Under the pieces are notes generated by a model. That model was given only the letters and a program-made list of their open reading frames with translations. It was not told where the DNA came from and did no database searches. Position numbers and translations under genes: made by a program. DNA of 64,000 bases, from NCBI GenBank assembly GCA_003281715.1, contig QCBE01000004.1:7932-71931 (forward strand), written 5' to 3'. The stretch is from Prochlorococcus sp. AG-347-B23 (GTDB taxonomy: Bacteria > Cyanobacteriota > Cyanobacteriia > PCC-6307 > Cyanobiaceae). This document shows, piece by piece, positions 50,434-61,587 of this stretch; position 1 is the stretch's first letter; each line of letters starts with the position of its first letter.

Positions 50434-51199
50434 GTCTTTCAGAGTCTACCCATTCTTTTAATTTATCTTTAAATAATTTCTTTCCTTGAATAATTGGTTG
50501 GCAAAATGGGGGTTGATCATCATTAAGGCCTAACAAATCTGCAGTAACTCTTACTTGCCCATCGCAATAATTACCTGCGCCGATACCTATTGTGGGAATT
50601 GTTAAAGAATTTTGTATTTCCTTGGCAAGCAAATCAGGAATATGTTCAAGAACTATTGAAAAACATCCTAATTGTTCAAGAATTAAAGCCTCTTTCTTGA
50701 TTTTTTCTTGGCTTGCTAAGCTCTCTCCTTGTTTTTTAAATCCAATATTTAGATAGCTTTGTGGTGTAAGACCTATATGACCCATAACAGGGATTCCCAT
50801 TCTTATTAATCTAGAAATAACTTTTTGTATTTCTGGTTCAGCTCCTTCTACCTTTACAGCTTTTGCATAAGTGCTCTGAATGATTTTCCCTGCATACTCA
50901 ACAGCTTTATCCTCACCACATTGGTAAGTCAGAAAAGGCATATCTGAAACGACCAAAGGCTGTTCCTCAATTTTCTTTTTAAATCCTCTTGAAACAGCAT
51001 TAGTATGATAAATTATGTTTTCTAAGGTTATTGGCAACGTCGATTTGTATCCTAAGCAGACCATTGCTAATGAATCTCCTACTAGTATGAGATCAACATT
51101 TGCTTGTTCTGCAATAGATCCTGATATGGAGTCCCACGCAGTTAGTGCAATGATTTTGCGAGACTTTTTTTTATAATTAACCAGTTCTGAAGGTAACAT
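50426..51199 (-). CDS. panB: 3-methyl-2-oxobutanoate hydroxymethyltransferase
   Basis: LVGDSL, DMPF, VKVEG, GHIGLTPQ, IGIGAG..CDGQ. Confidence 0.97.
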   Translation of the reverse strand: MLPSELVNYKKKSRKIIALTAWDSISGSIAEQANVDLILVGDSLAMVCLGYKSTLPITLENIIYHTNAVSRGFKKKIEEQPLVVSDMPFLTYQCGEDKAVEYAGKIIQSTYAKAVKVEGAEPEIQKVISRLIRMGIPVMGHIGLTPQSYLNIGFKKQGESLASQEKIKKEALILEQLGCFSIVLEHIPDLLAKEIQNSLTIPTIGIGAGNYCDGQVRVTADLLGLNDDQPPFCQPIIQGKKLFKDKLKEWVDSERLS

Positions 51200-51245
51200 A
51201 ATAAATTTATGTATCTTTTTTAATCAAGAATTGCTAGTATTATTT

Positions 51246-51341
51246 TGACTCGGCCTTTCGCGGTTTTAACGCCTAAACCTGGTCAGGACCGGAAGGTAGC
51301 AGCCACAAGGGATGCTTGAGGCAGGCGAGATAACCGAGTCA
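51246..51341 (+). ncRNA. ffs: Signal recognition particle RNA (4.5S)
   Basis: Domain IV motif GTCAGGACCGGAAGGTAGCAGC; terminal pairing TGACTCGG/CCGAGTCA. Confidence 0.95.
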
Positions 51342-51355
51342 CTCTATTTTACCTT

Positions 51356-52471
51356 TTAACCTATATCTTTTTTATTTTGCCTTAATCTCAAAAACTCAGG
51401 AATACTCGCTCCTGACTCTTTATTGTCGGAATAATTATATAAGGGTTGATTAGATAATCTATTTTTTATTCTTTGCTGGTTTAATGGTTGGGTTGTTTCA
51501 AATCCTGTAGCAATTACAGTAACTTGTATCTCCCCTTCCATTGCTTCATCGACCACTGCGCCAACAATAATATTCGCTTCTTGATCAACAACATCATAGA
51601 TAATTTCAGATGCAGAGGTCATGTCTTCTAAAGTCATGTCCTTGCCTCCAGTAATATTTATAACGCAGCCTTTAGCTCCATCAATTCTTGCTGCTTCTAA
51701 TAAAGGACTATTCATTGCTGCCTGTGCTGCCTCTATAGCTCTAGATCTTCCTGAACCTATACCTATTCCGAGAAGTGCAGTGCCAGCTTCCGTCATGACT
51801 GATCTAACGTCTGCAAAATCGACATTAACTAATCCCGGGCAAGTAATTATGTCACTAATGCCTTTGACTCCCATTCTTAGAACATCATCAGCATTCCTAA
51901 ATGCTTCTTGAAGAGGAGCTCCTGCGATAACATCTTTTAAACGGTCATTTGGAATAACTATCAGAGTATCGACGTTTTCAGCTAGTCTTGCGATCCCCTC
52001 CTCTGCTTGACGCATTCTTCTTTTTCCTTCAAAAGAAAATGGTTTGGTTACTATACCTACTGTTAAAGCCCCACTTTGTTTGGCTACTTCTGCGACAACT
52101 GGTGCTGCTCCAGTACCAGTTCCGCCGCCCATTCCAGCAGCTATAAAAACTAGATCAGATCCCTCTAAAGCTTGTTGAAGCTCTTCTTTGGATTCTTCGG
52201 CAGCTTTTTGCCCAATACTTGGATTCCCTCCAGCACCTAAACCTCTAGTAAGGTTTTGTCCAAGTTGAACTCTACTCTCTGCAGATGATTGTAGTAGGGC
52301 TTGTGCATCGGTATTGAGGACTCTAAATGAAACACCTTCTAAATCACTATTTATCATTCTATTGACTGCATTACTGCCGCCACCACCTACACCAATAACT
52401 TCTATTTTGGCGCTTTGGCTTGGAAGGATTTCTCTCGATTGATCAAAGTTTGGATTGTTACCGAAGCTCAT
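51356..52471 (-). CDS. ftsZ: Cell division protein FtsZ
   Basis: [27 protein letters not shown]-terminal IPEFL. Confidence 0.99.
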   Translation of the reverse strand: MSFGNNPNFDQSREILPSQSAKIEVIGVGGGGSNAVNRMINSDLEGVSFRVLNTDAQALLQSSAESRVQLGQNLTRGLGAGGNPSIGQKAAEESKEELQQALEGSDLVFIAAGMGGGTGTGAAPVVAEVAKQSGALTVGIVTKPFSFEGKRRMRQAEEGIARLAENVDTLIVIPNDRLKDVIAGAPLQEAFRNADDVLRMGVKGISDIITCPGLVNVDFADVRSVMTEAGTALLGIGIGSGRSRAIEAAQAAMNSPLLEAARIDGAKGCVINITGGKDMTLEDMTSASEIIYDVVDQEANIIVGAVVDEAMEGEIQVTVIATGFETTQPLNQQRIKNRLSNQPLYNYSDNKESGASIPEFLRLRQNKKDIG

Positions 52472-52649
52472 CTCTTAATAGGAATCTAATACTAGTATTG
52501 GGTGCATTATGAACTTACTGAGCTCATCTGTAGGAATTTGTTGAGGAAAATCCTAAAAATATTTATTTATTAAATATTTTGTTTGAATGCAAAACCCATA
52601 TCAACACTACAATAATTAAAAAAAATTTCTCAGAACCCTTTTTTAAATA

Positions 52650-53375
52650 TTAGGGTTTGAACACTTTTATTTTTGGTTTATCTGGATTAGTAAGATCAAT
52701 ATTATCTATTTTTTTTGAAAAGCTCTTTTTCTTAAATTCATTTTTAAGATTTTTGATTATTTGGAGTTGATATTTGATTAAATTTGGCTTAAATCCTAAG
52801 AATATCGTTTTTAAATCTTCTTCCTCAACAGTTAGAAAACCATCGGTTGAGAAAGTTATTTTAACTATTTCTAATTCATAATTCTCCATATCGATAAAAA
52901 TTTCAGATAATATTTTCTTAAATTTTTCTTTCCATCCAAAAACTTGTATTGTTAATTTATTCAAATTTTTTTCATCTATATTTTGTTTATTTATAAAAAT
53001 TCCATCTTTATCAATGTAGCCTAATATTGTTTCTTCGTTTAATATTCTCTCACCGTAAGCTATTGGAATTCTTGAAGTAATATAAACTTTTAAACCAAAA
53101 GGAAATAATTCTCTGTTTACCGAAACATATTTAAGAGATAAATTTTGTTTTAACTCTTTTTCTAACAAATTAGTTTCAATAAAAATTAATCGAATGGGAA
53201 AATTTAAAGATGTATTTTTTACCAAATCATTCTGCGAAAATACTTCACTTCCAGAAATCCTAATGTCCTGAGTACCCACTTTTTTGAGAGTTTTTATGCT
53301 TAATAAGCTTGTTAAAAATAAAAATAAAATTAGAAAAAAAAAGCTTCTATTTTTGATCCTTATTTGGTTTTTCAC
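52650..53375 (-). CDS. ftsQ: Cell division protein FtsQ/DivIB
   Basis: N-terminal TM, POTRA-like segment (V.RELFP..LKV.I..R.P.A), C-terminal IDLTNP; directly upstream of ftsZ. Confidence 0.82.
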   Translation of the reverse strand: MKNQIRIKNRSFFFLILFLFLTSLLSIKTLKKVGTQDIRISGSEVFSQNDLVKNTSLNFPIRLIFIETNLLEKELKQNLSLKYVSVNRELFPFGLKVYITSRIPIAYGERILNEETILGYIDKDGIFINKQNIDEKNLNKLTIQVFGWKEKFKKILSEIFIDMENYELEIVKITFSTDGFLTVEEEDLKTIFLGFKPNLIKYQLQIIKNLKNEFKKKSFSKKIDNIDLTNPDKPKIKVFKP

Positions 53376-53782
53376 AAATCACATCGAGCTTTTTCCATTA
53401 GTTGATCCATCCATTCTCTCGCTTGCTCTGCATCTGAAAATGGTACATCCATCTCTTTCCCATCCCCTACCAATCTCAACCTGCACTTACCTTGAGATTC
53501 ATTTGTTAGAGGAGCTTCTCCTGAAGTTAGTGCCATTAATTCAACTAATTCCAGCTTTTTGATTATAAAACAATCTTTTTCTTCAAATTTACCAGCTTCA
53601 AATGCACTCCACTTTAACTCTCCATCTTTTAAGGACGCTGCACCTGAACTATCTAACTTGCACAGTTCAGAATCACTCGCCCAACTTCTAAAAAGATTTT
53701 GCCTTCTTCTTTCTAACCATCCAAGTGCAGTTAATAAAATGAAGATTAAAAGTAATGGTAACCAAAGTAGTCCATGCAACAT
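53372..53782 (-). CDS. Conserved hypothetical protein with N-terminal TM
   Basis: MLHGLLWLPLLLIFILLTALGWLERRRQ; stop overlaps the ftsQ start (GTGA). Confidence 0.82.
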   Translation of the reverse strand: MLHGLLWLPLLLIFILLTALGWLERRRQNLFRSWASDSELCKLDSSGAASLKDGELKWSAFEAGKFEEKDCFIIKKLELVELMALTSGEAPLTNESQGKCRLRLVGDGKEMDVPFSDAEQAREWMDQLMEKARCDL

Positions 53783-53792
53783 TTGATTTAAA

Positions 53793-54860
53793 TTACAAAT
53801 CTAAAGATATTTCTACCAGTTTAGCCACAAGTTGTTCAATTTTTAAACCTGAAGCTTCCCAAAGCATTGGAAACATACTTTGTTTTGTAAAACCAGGAAT
53901 TGTATTTATTTCATTTAGCAAAATTTTATTTGAAGATTTTTCTAAAAAGAAATCTACTCTTGCAAAACCGAAAATATTTAGTGCTCTACAACTTTTAATA
54001 GCAATGTCTTTAATTTCTTTTGTAATTTTAGAATCTATTTCGGCTGGGATAATTATTTTATTATTTGAGTGATATTTTGAATCGTAATCGTACCAATCAC
54101 TTTCGTAATTTACCTCGCCTATCTCAGAGGTTAAGAGTTCTGAATTCCCAATTATTCCGCATTCAATCTCCCTTACCTCTAAACCTTCCTCTATCAAGAT
54201 TCTTGGATCTATTCCCTGAGCTTTTTCTAGTGCTTGTGATATTTCTGATTCATTTATGACTTTGGAGATACCAAGAGATGACCCAGAGTTCGATGGTTTA
54301 ACAAAAACAGGAAAATTTAATTTTTTTAAAATTTTATTAATTATTTTATTTTTTACTTCCTTATCGTTGAGATCTTCATTTTGAAAAACTAGATAATTAA
54401 CTTGTGGAAGTTTAAGATTTGAGAAAATTGTTTTCATCAAAATTTTATCCATTCCAAGAGCAGAGCCAATAATTCCACATCCGACTAAAGGTTTCTTTGT
54501 AAATTTAAGTAAGCCATGAATTGATCCGTCTTCACCATTAAATCCATGTAAAAGTGGAAACCAAACATCAACATTTTGAAATTCAATTCCTTCAAGGAAG
54601 TTAATTTTTTTTTCATTAAAAATTCCTTGTTTTATTGTCTTATTGTTTTCAATTTCACCAATTAGAATTTTTTCTGAACTATCACTATCAATCCAAACTC
54701 CATATTTATTTATGTAAAAGGCTTTAACTGTAAAGCGTTCTTTGTTTATTTCTGAATTAAATGCTTGATAAACTGTTTTCGCAGATGATATGGATACTTC
54801 ATGTTCATTGGAATTCCCGCCAAATATTAAGCCAATACATTTTTTCTTACCCCCGATCAT
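53793..54860 (-). CDS. ddl: D-alanine--D-alanine ligase
   Basis: FGGNSNEHEVS, LHGFNGEDG, GSSLG, YDYDSKY, NEINTIPG. Confidence 0.97.
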   Translation of the reverse strand: MIGGKKKCIGLIFGGNSNEHEVSISSAKTVYQAFNSEINKERFTVKAFYINKYGVWIDSDSSEKILIGEIENNKTIKQGIFNEKKINFLEGIEFQNVDVWFPLLHGFNGEDGSIHGLLKFTKKPLVGCGIIGSALGMDKILMKTIFSNLKLPQVNYLVFQNEDLNDKEVKNKIINKILKKLNFPVFVKPSNSGSSLGISKVINESEISQALEKAQGIDPRILIEEGLEVREIECGIIGNSELLTSEIGEVNYESDWYDYDSKYHSNNKIIIPAEIDSKITKEIKDIAIKSCRALNIFGFARVDFFLEKSSNKILLNEINTIPGFTKQSMFPMLWEASGLKIEQLVAKLVEISLDL

Positions 54861-54871
54861 TTAGAAAAAAA

Positions 54872-56266
54872 TCATAAATAAAGTTCGCCTGTTAGAGAAA
54901 AAGGTCTAGCTTCATTTATTTTGACATCTATCTCATCTCCCAATGAAAAATTAAAGTTAATGTTTTTGGGGATCTCTACAAAAGTTAATCTATTTGTTCT
55001 AGTTCTACCCATAATTTGCGAGGAATTTTTTGGATTTGAACCCTCAATTAAAACGCTTTCGATATTGTTGATATATCTTTGATTTCTACTCCTTGCAGTT
55101 TTCTCGACCAAATCATTAATTTCCTGCAATCTAGCTTTTTTTACCTTTTCCGAAAGTTGATTCGACCAAACTGCTGCAGGCGTATTTGGTCTTGGAGAAT
55201 ATGCTGCCGTATTTACTTGATCAAAACCAATTTCTGATATTAGCTTTAATGTATCTTGATATTGTTGTTCGGTTTCTCCTGGGAAAGCAACTATTGCGTC
55301 GGCAGTGATTGATGCATCTGGCATTAATGACCTTATATTTTCGATAATATTTTTATACTTTTTAATAGAATATCCTCTTGACATTTGTTTTAAAATTTCA
55401 TCATTTCCACTTTGGAAGGGAATATGGAAATGTTCACAGACTTTATCAAGTTCATAACAAGCTTGAATCAACCTTTTTGAAAAATATCTTGGATGACTAG
55501 TAGCAAATCTTATTCTGCGAATTCCTTTAACATCATGAATATAGTACAAAAGATCAGTAAGTGTATTTTCTTTTCTCCCCTCTTTTGTAGTTCCTGGAAG
55601 GTCTCTACCATAAGCATCAATGTTTTGACCCAAAAGAGTAATTTCTTTAAAATTATCATCAGCTAATTTTTGGATCTCACTTTTGATCGCATTTGGATAT
55701 CTTGATTGCTCTTTTCCTCTTACAGAGGGGACTACACAATATGAACATCTTTCATTACATCCATAAATGATATTCACCCAGCCACAAATAGAGCTTTCTC
55801 TTCTGGCACTTGTTATGTCTTCAGAAATGAAGGTTTCTTCTGTGGCAGCAACTTGATTTCCTAAATCAACTTTCCCCAGAAGATTCTCAAGATTATTTAC
55901 GTGTTGGGGTCCCATAACCAGATCAAGTTCTGGGACTCTTCTTAATAAGGACTCTCCCTCTTGCTGCGCAAGGCAACCTGCAACAACAAGTTTTAAGTTA
56001 GGAGTTTTGTGCTTTCTTTTTGCTTGTCTTCCTAGAAAGCTATAAACTTTTTGTTCCGCATTATCTCTTATTGTGCATGTATTATACAAGACTAAATCGG
56101 CATTTAATTCATTATCTGCTCTGGTGTATCCCATATTCTCTAATGTCCCAGCCATTCTCTCAGAATCAGCCTTGTTCATTTGGCATCCAAATGTGGTTAT
56201 CCAATAACTGCCAGTAGTTGAATTCTTTTGAGATTTTTTTTCGCCTGATTTTGTTTTTGTTAGCAC
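54872..56266 (-). CDS. miaB: tRNA-2-methylthio-N6-isopentenyladenosine synthase
   Basis: [31 protein letters not shown]-terminal TRAM. Confidence 0.97.
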   Translation of the reverse strand: MLTKTKSGEKKSQKNSTTGSYWITTFGCQMNKADSERMAGTLENMGYTRADNELNADLVLYNTCTIRDNAEQKVYSFLGRQAKRKHKTPNLKLVVAGCLAQQEGESLLRRVPELDLVMGPQHVNNLENLLGKVDLGNQVAATEETFISEDITSARRESSICGWVNIIYGCNERCSYCVVPSVRGKEQSRYPNAIKSEIQKLADDNFKEITLLGQNIDAYGRDLPGTTKEGRKENTLTDLLYYIHDVKGIRRIRFATSHPRYFSKRLIQACYELDKVCEHFHIPFQSGNDEILKQMSRGYSIKKYKNIIENIRSLMPDASITADAIVAFPGETEQQYQDTLKLISEIGFDQVNTAAYSPRPNTPAAVWSNQLSEKVKKARLQEINDLVEKTARSRNQRYINNIESVLIEGSNPKNSSQIMGRTRTNRLTFVEIPKNINFNFSLGDEIDVKINEARPFSLTGELYL

Positions 56267-56337
56267 TTTGCTAGGAATTTTTTATGTTCTTTAATTTAAA
56301 ATTACAAGTTAAATATTTTTACTGCAATATTTTTGAG

Positions 56338-56411
56338 GGCGAGCGAGGGGATTCGAACCCCCGAATAGCGGCGCCACAAGCCGCTGCCTTAACCACTTGG
56401 CGACGCCCGCC
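56338..56411 (-). tRNA. tRNA-His(GTG)
   Basis: G(-1)GCGGGCGTCGCCAAGTGGTTAAGGCAGCGGCTTGTGGCGCCGCTATTCGGGGGTTCGAATCCCCTCGCTCGCC; anticodon GTG, encoded G-1 and C73. Confidence 0.97.
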
Positions 56412-56539
56412 TCACATTTATAAATTTAACAACTCGAGGGTAATTTTTCATAGTTATTTTTATGTTTTAGCGAAATTTGAATTATTTTCTAATTCAGTAA
56501 AGTTTTCTTATGATTTAAAATGAAAGAAAATTTAAAAAT

Positions 56540-57775
56540 TTGAGTAATTCCGGTACAGCTGAGGTTCTTATTCCCAGAAGCCTTTGTTTAATAGAAGATA
56601 TAGATAACCTCATTATCGATGTAGAGGATTTATGTTCAGTTTCTATTTGTTGGGAGGATGGATTTGTTTCTGAGTTAAAGCCTTTAAAAAATAAAGTTAC
56701 AAAACCAAAAAATATTTTATTCCCAAGATTTGTTGAAACGCATTCGCATTTTGATAAATCTTTTACATGGGCAGACTTTCCTAATCTGGAATCAAACTAT
56801 GGAGGAGCATTATCAGTAAATCTTGAAGAACATAAAACTAGAACTACAGATAAGGTTCTTGAAAGAGTTGAGAAATCATTAAAACTCGCCATACAAAATG
56901 GCTACCGAGCTATTAGAAGTCATATTGATACTTACAAAAGTCAATCAATTGATATTTGGATTGAACTTTTTAAATTACAAAAAAAATTTTCATCTGAGTT
57001 GACTTTACAATTCGTTGCTCTAGCTCCATTGGAATTCTGGGATACAACTAAAGGAGAAGATTTGGCAAAAATATTATCCTCTAATGGAGGTATTTTAGGA
57101 GGTGTAATTGTTCCTCCTTTTAATAAAAAAGATACAAGCAAATTTCTCTCAAAAATGCTTCTTCTAGCTAGTAAATATAAATTAGAAATTGATTTTCATA
57201 TAGACGAATCGACCATTGAGCCTGGAGCGGGAATAAAAGTTTTATTAGAGACAATCGAAAATTTAAAAATTAAAAGTATTCCAATTACTTGTAGTCATTT
57301 GAGTAGTCTTATTTCTCTAAGTCATAGAGAGATTTTAAATTTAGGAGAAAAAATAGCTGAGAAAAATATTAAAGTTATTGCTTTACCTCTAACAAATTTT
57401 TGGCTGCTTAATCGAAGTAATAAAACTACCTCATTAAAAAGACCAGTTGCTCCAATAAAGCAATTACAAAAATCACACGTGGATGTATCTCTAGGTAGTG
57501 ATAACGTTCAAGATCCCTGGTACCCATTTGGTAATTTTGATCCTTTTTATATGTTGTCTTGCTCTATACCTATGCTTCAACTAAATCCTTGGGAGAGAAT
57601 GACTCTATCTTCTATTTTTTTAGCTCCAAGCAGATTATTAAACTTAAAATGGGATGGTTTAATTAGAAAGGGATGCCCTGCTGATTTTGTGATTTTAGAT
57701 GCACAAAGATGGGCAGATGTTTTTTCGAGTTCATTAAAGAGAAAAGTGTTTATAAAAGGCGATTTATATTGCTAA
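56540..57775 (+). CDS. codA: Cytosine deaminase-like amidohydrolase
   Basis: HSHFDK, IRSHID, FHIDE, SHL, GSDNVQDPWYPFG; true substrate uncertain. Confidence 0.82.
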   Translation: MSNSGTAEVLIPRSLCLIEDIDNLIIDVEDLCSVSICWEDGFVSELKPLKNKVTKPKNILFPRFVETHSHFDKSFTWADFPNLESNYGGALSVNLEEHKTRTTDKVLERVEKSLKLAIQNGYRAIRSHIDTYKSQSIDIWIELFKLQKKFSSELTLQFVALAPLEFWDTTKGEDLAKILSSNGGILGGVIVPPFNKKDTSKFLSKMLLLASKYKLEIDFHIDESTIEPGAGIKVLLETIENLKIKSIPITCSHLSSLISLSHREILNLGEKIAEKNIKVIALPLTNFWLLNRSNKTTSLKRPVAPIKQLQKSHVDVSLGSDNVQDPWYPFGNFDPFYMLSCSIPMLQLNPWERMTLSSIFLAPSRLLNLKWDGLIRKGCPADFVILDAQRWADVFSSSLKRKVFIKGDLYC

Positions 57776-57813
57776 TCGGCTAGTTTATATACAAAACAAT
57801 AAGAATTTAATTA

Positions 57814-59169
57814 ATGACATCAAATACTCTTAAATTTATAGACAAATTTAGGGAAGTTAAAAACTTAGAGATAATTGAAAGCCAATCTGACATAAAAAGG
57901 CTTTCAAAAGATTTTTATAACTACTCTCCAATCCTTACTGAAAAATTAGACGAATGTATTGCTGATTTGGTGGTAAGACCTAGTGATCACAAAGCAGTAA
58001 AGGAAGTAGCAGAAATTTGTTGGGAATTTTCTATCCCACTTACTTTGAGGGGTTCAGGGACAGGTAATTATGGACAAGCTGTCCCATTGTTTAAAGGAGT
58101 TGTAATGCAGATGAGTCACTTTAATAAGTTAGAAGAATTTGATCCGGATACAGGTTTTATAAAAGTACAGTCTGGCTGTGTGATGGGAGATTTGAATAAA
58201 CAATTAGAGAAATATGGGAGGGAATTGAGGTTGCTTCCTAGTACTTGGAAAACTGCAACAATTGGAGGTTTTATTGCAGGTGGATCAGGAGGTATTGGTT
58301 CAATTAGGTGGGGATTCTTAAGAGATCCAGGAAATCTTATTGGTTTAGAGGCAGTAACGATTAATAAAGAACCTGAATTATTAAAATTTGATGCTGAAGA
58401 ATCCGAACCTCTAAATCATGCTTATGGGACTAATGGAATAATTACTTCTTTACTACTTGCTACTGATATCAAACGTAAGTGGTATTCAATAGTTATCGAC
58501 TGTATTGAATTTGAAAAAACAATAGAAATATTAAAAACTTTCACCAGCGCAGCAATTGATCTGAAACTAGGAGCAATTCTTGAAGATGAAATTGTAGATC
58601 AAATGCCAAAATGGCTTAAAAGTAATGCTAGAAGTCACAAGATATTAATTCAATCTACTTTTGGAGGAACAAAAACGATCGAGTTGATTTGTAAAAAATT
58701 CAAAGTTGAATTTACCCTCCTTGGAGAAGAAGAAAAACTCGTTAATGGAATTTCTGAAGTCGTATGGAATCATACAACTCTTCATATGAGGTCTAAGGAT
58801 AAAAATTGGACTTATTTACAGATGCTTTTGCCACTTAATAATGAACTAGAATTGATTAATTTTCTGAGAAAAAAATGGGGTAGAAAAGTTCTTTGGCATT
58901 TAGAGGCAGTTTCTCAACAAGGATCACCGCGATTAGCGGCTTTACCTGTATTAAGGTGGAATGGGATAGATGAATTAAATGAAATAATGGAAGATTGTAA
59001 GAAACTTGGGGCGTTTATTTTTAATCCCCATGTTTTAACTGTCGAAGGCGGAGGCCTAGGAGTGGTTGACGCAGATCAAGTAAAAGCGAAATTAAAATTT
59101 GATCCTAAAGGGCTATTAAATCCTGGAAAATTGGAAGGTTGGGAAGTAAAGGAAAAATTTAATATTTAA
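57814..59169 (+). CDS. FAD-linked oxidoreductase (GlcD/VAO family)
   Basis: RGSGTGNYGQ, ATIGGFIAGG, YGTNGII, DPKGLLNPGK. Confidence 0.9.
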   Translation: MTSNTLKFIDKFREVKNLEIIESQSDIKRLSKDFYNYSPILTEKLDECIADLVVRPSDHKAVKEVAEICWEFSIPLTLRGSGTGNYGQAVPLFKGVVMQMSHFNKLEEFDPDTGFIKVQSGCVMGDLNKQLEKYGRELRLLPSTWKTATIGGFIAGGSGGIGSIRWGFLRDPGNLIGLEAVTINKEPELLKFDAEESEPLNHAYGTNGIITSLLLATDIKRKWYSIVIDCIEFEKTIEILKTFTSAAIDLKLGAILEDEIVDQMPKWLKSNARSHKILIQSTFGGTKTIELICKKFKVEFTLLGEEEKLVNGISEVVWNHTTLHMRSKDKNWTYLQMLLPLNNELELINFLRKKWGRKVLWHLEAVSQQGSPRLAALPVLRWNGIDELNEIMEDCKKLGAFIFNPHVLTVEGGGLGVVDADQVKAKLKFDPKGLLNPGKLEGWEVKEKFNI

Positions 59170-60395
59170 CATTTCTGTTTATTTGCAAATTTAATAAATT
59201 CAGCAACTAAAAAAATAGAACCCGTTAGGACTGGACGATTAGGTGGCCATTTTTCTAGGGAAAATAAATAATCAATGGCAAGTTCAAATGTTTTAAATTC
59301 AATTGTTTTTTGAAGGTCAAATTCTTTAATCTGAGAAAGATCTTTTAATTGCCAACTAGGTTGGTTTGGCACTGGCACAAGTAATAAGTGATCATTTTTA
59401 TTTAGAAGCGTTTTTAATATTGCGAAAAAATCTTTTTGTCTTTGGACACCTAAAATCCAATAAATTCCTTTATCTTCATTCTCCCAATTACTTCGCTCAT
59501 GTGAGAGTGCTTTTGCAGCAGGATAATTATGCGCACAATCTACAAGAATTTCTTTGTTCAAAAAATTTATTATTTCTAGCCTTCCCTGCCAAGATGTCTT
59601 TTTAAGACCTTCAGAAATGTGTGTTCCTTTTATATTAAATCCCAAATTATTCAACGCTTCAATTGCTCCTAAAGCTACTGAAGCATTTTGCTTTTGAAAA
59701 ATTCCTTTTAATCCAAGCTCATAGCTGTTTGATATTGAATCTTTCCAGATAATTTCTGCTCCAACCTCTTTAACTTTTTTGGTTATTAAATTTTCAACTT
59801 GACTATTTTGTTTGCATGAGATGACAACTGAGTTTTTTTCAATAACTGCTAATTTTTCTTCGGCAATTTTTTCAATAGTATCTCCAAGAAATTCTTTATG
59901 GTCTAAGCCAATATTCCCAATAGCAATTATTGGTCTAGATTTATGGGCTGTTGTCGCGTCTAATCGTCCCCCTAAGCCAGCTTCAAGAATGAGCAATTCA
60001 ACTTTCTTATTGTCAAAGAAATTTAGTGCGCAGCAAATGATTTTTTCAAAAGGAGTTAATTCAAATGTTGAAAATTTCTCTTCTATTAATCTGTAGATTT
60101 TTTCAAAATCAGTCTTGTTAATATTTTTTTTATTAACTCTAATCCTCTCGCATACGTCCAAAAGGTGGGGAGATGTCGTTACGCCAAAATTCCTTTTAGC
60201 TTCAAAAAGTATATTTTCTAAATATGCCGCGATTGATCCTTTCCCATTGGTTCCAATAATTTGTATCGCAGGGATATTCTCGCAAGGATTACCAAGTTCC
60301 TGCAGTGCTTTTTTAATTCTTGATAAACCTAATTTGATATTATCCCTTTCATATTTGGGTGATAATTCAAAAAATTTTAAATTTGCATTTTTCAA
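59166..60395 (-). CDS. folC: Folylpolyglutamate/dihydrofolate synthase
   Basis: GTNGKGS, TSPHL, EAGLGGRLDAT, WQGRL, DCAHN. Confidence 0.96.
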   Translation of the reverse strand: MKNANLKFFELSPKYERDNIKLGLSRIKKALQELGNPCENIPAIQIIGTNGKGSIAAYLENILFEAKRNFGVTTSPHLLDVCERIRVNKKNINKTDFEKIYRLIEEKFSTFELTPFEKIICCALNFFDNKKVELLILEAGLGGRLDATTAHKSRPIIAIGNIGLDHKEFLGDTIEKIAEEKLAVIEKNSVVISCKQNSQVENLITKKVKEVGAEIIWKDSISNSYELGLKGIFQKQNASVALGAIEALNNLGFNIKGTHISEGLKKTSWQGRLEIINFLNKEILVDCAHNYPAAKALSHERSNWENEDKGIYWILGVQRQKDFFAILKTLLNKNDHLLLVPVPNQPSWQLKDLSQIKEFDLQKTIEFKTFELAIDYLFSLEKWPPNRPVLTGSIFLVAEFIKFANKQKC

Positions 60396-60406
60396 AATTA
60401 AAATTG

Positions 60407-61582
60407 CTATAACTCTTCAAAAATTGAATTTAGCTTATTCAAAAGAATATTAATTTCTCTTCTAGATATAACTAATGGTGGGACAATCCTTACAACATTT
60501 TCTCCTGCAGGAACTACAAGTAATCCTTTATCAAAAGCTTTTAAAGTAATTTTTTTTGCATCAGCATAATCATCATTTATCACAAGACCTTGTATTAAAC
60601 CTAAACCTCTTTTCCCGCTAATAATATTTGGAAATTTTTTTGACAATTCTTCAAACCCAGCACTTAATTGTTCTCCTCTTAAATAAACATTATTGATAAT
60701 ATTTCTTCTATTGATTTCTTCTAATACAGTTAGGGCAGCTTTACAGGCGAATGGGTTCCCCCCAAAAGTGCTTGCATGATCTCCTGGAGAAAAAATGTTG
60801 GCTTTTTCTTTTACTAATAATGCTCCAATTGCATGACCTCCTCCTAATCCTTTTGCAAGGGTGAATCCATCAGGTTCAATTCCTAAATTCTCATAACCCC
60901 ACATTTTTCCAGTTCGACCTACTCCACTTTGAACCTCATCTAAAATGAGAAGAGAATTATATTTATCACATATTTCTCGCACGCTTTTAAAAAATATTTT
61001 ACTTCCAGGAATTACGCCGCCTTCTCCTTGTATTGGTTCAACTAAAACTCCGGAAATTTTTTGATCATTATTTTCACACTCTTCAAATAATTTTTTTACC
61101 GAATCAAAATTGTTAAATTTAAAAAATTTGAACCCTTCAATCATTGGTTCGAAACCTTTTTGATATTTGGGCTGTCCAGTGGCACTCAAGGCTGCAAGAG
61201 TCCTTCCATGAAAGCTAGATTCTGCTGCGAGAATAATTGATTCTTTACCTTTGTTTGATGTATTACCATATTTTTTAATTAATTTAATTGCTGATTCATT
61301 TGCTTCCGCACCACTATTGCAGAAGAAGACGCTTTCAGCACAACTCATATTCGTTAAAGTTCTGCTTAATTGTTCTTGTTCTTCAATGTTGTAGAGATTT
61401 GAAATGTGCTGAATCTTTTTTAGTTGAGTTGATAACCTTCTTCTTAAAACTCTGTCGCTATGTCCAAGACTACAAGTCGCTATGCCAGCTACTGCATCAA
61501 GATACTTTTTACCTGTTTTGTCCCATAGCCAACAACCTTTTCCTTTTTTGAAAGATATATCGAATCGACTATATGTATTCAT
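60407..61582 (-). CDS. argD: Acetylornithine aminotransferase
   Basis: MNTY.R, NSGAEANE, FHGRT, EPIQGEGG, DEVQSG.GRTG, TLAKGLGGG, HASTFGGNP; start moved to ATG 61582 because the longer ORF runs through tRNA-Leu. Confidence 0.95.
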   Translation of the reverse strand: MNTYSRFDISFKKGKGCWLWDKTGKKYLDAVAGIATCSLGHSDRVLRRRLSTQLKKIQHISNLYNIEEQEQLSRTLTNMSCAESVFFCNSGAEANESAIKLIKKYGNTSNKGKESIILAAESSFHGRTLAALSATGQPKYQKGFEPMIEGFKFFKFNNFDSVKKLFEECENNDQKISGVLVEPIQGEGGVIPGSKIFFKSVREICDKYNSLLILDEVQSGVGRTGKMWGYENLGIEPDGFTLAKGLGGGHAIGALLVKEKANIFSPGDHASTFGGNPFACKAALTVLEEINRRNIINNVYLRGEQLSAGFEELSKKFPNIISGKRGLGLIQGLVINDDYADAKKITLKAFDKGLLVVPAGENVVRIVPPLVISRREINILLNKLNSIFEEL

Positions 61583-61587
61583 CAAAG

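Noticed and set aside
56440-56453. GTA-N8-TAG upstream of the deaminase as an NtcA site
   Set aside because: Mismatch in the conserved TAC half-site; expected by chance in AT-rich DNA
56284-56523. 79-aa ORF in the track
   Set aside because: It is the antisense reading of tRNA-His (GDSNP is the typical tRNA shadow peptide)
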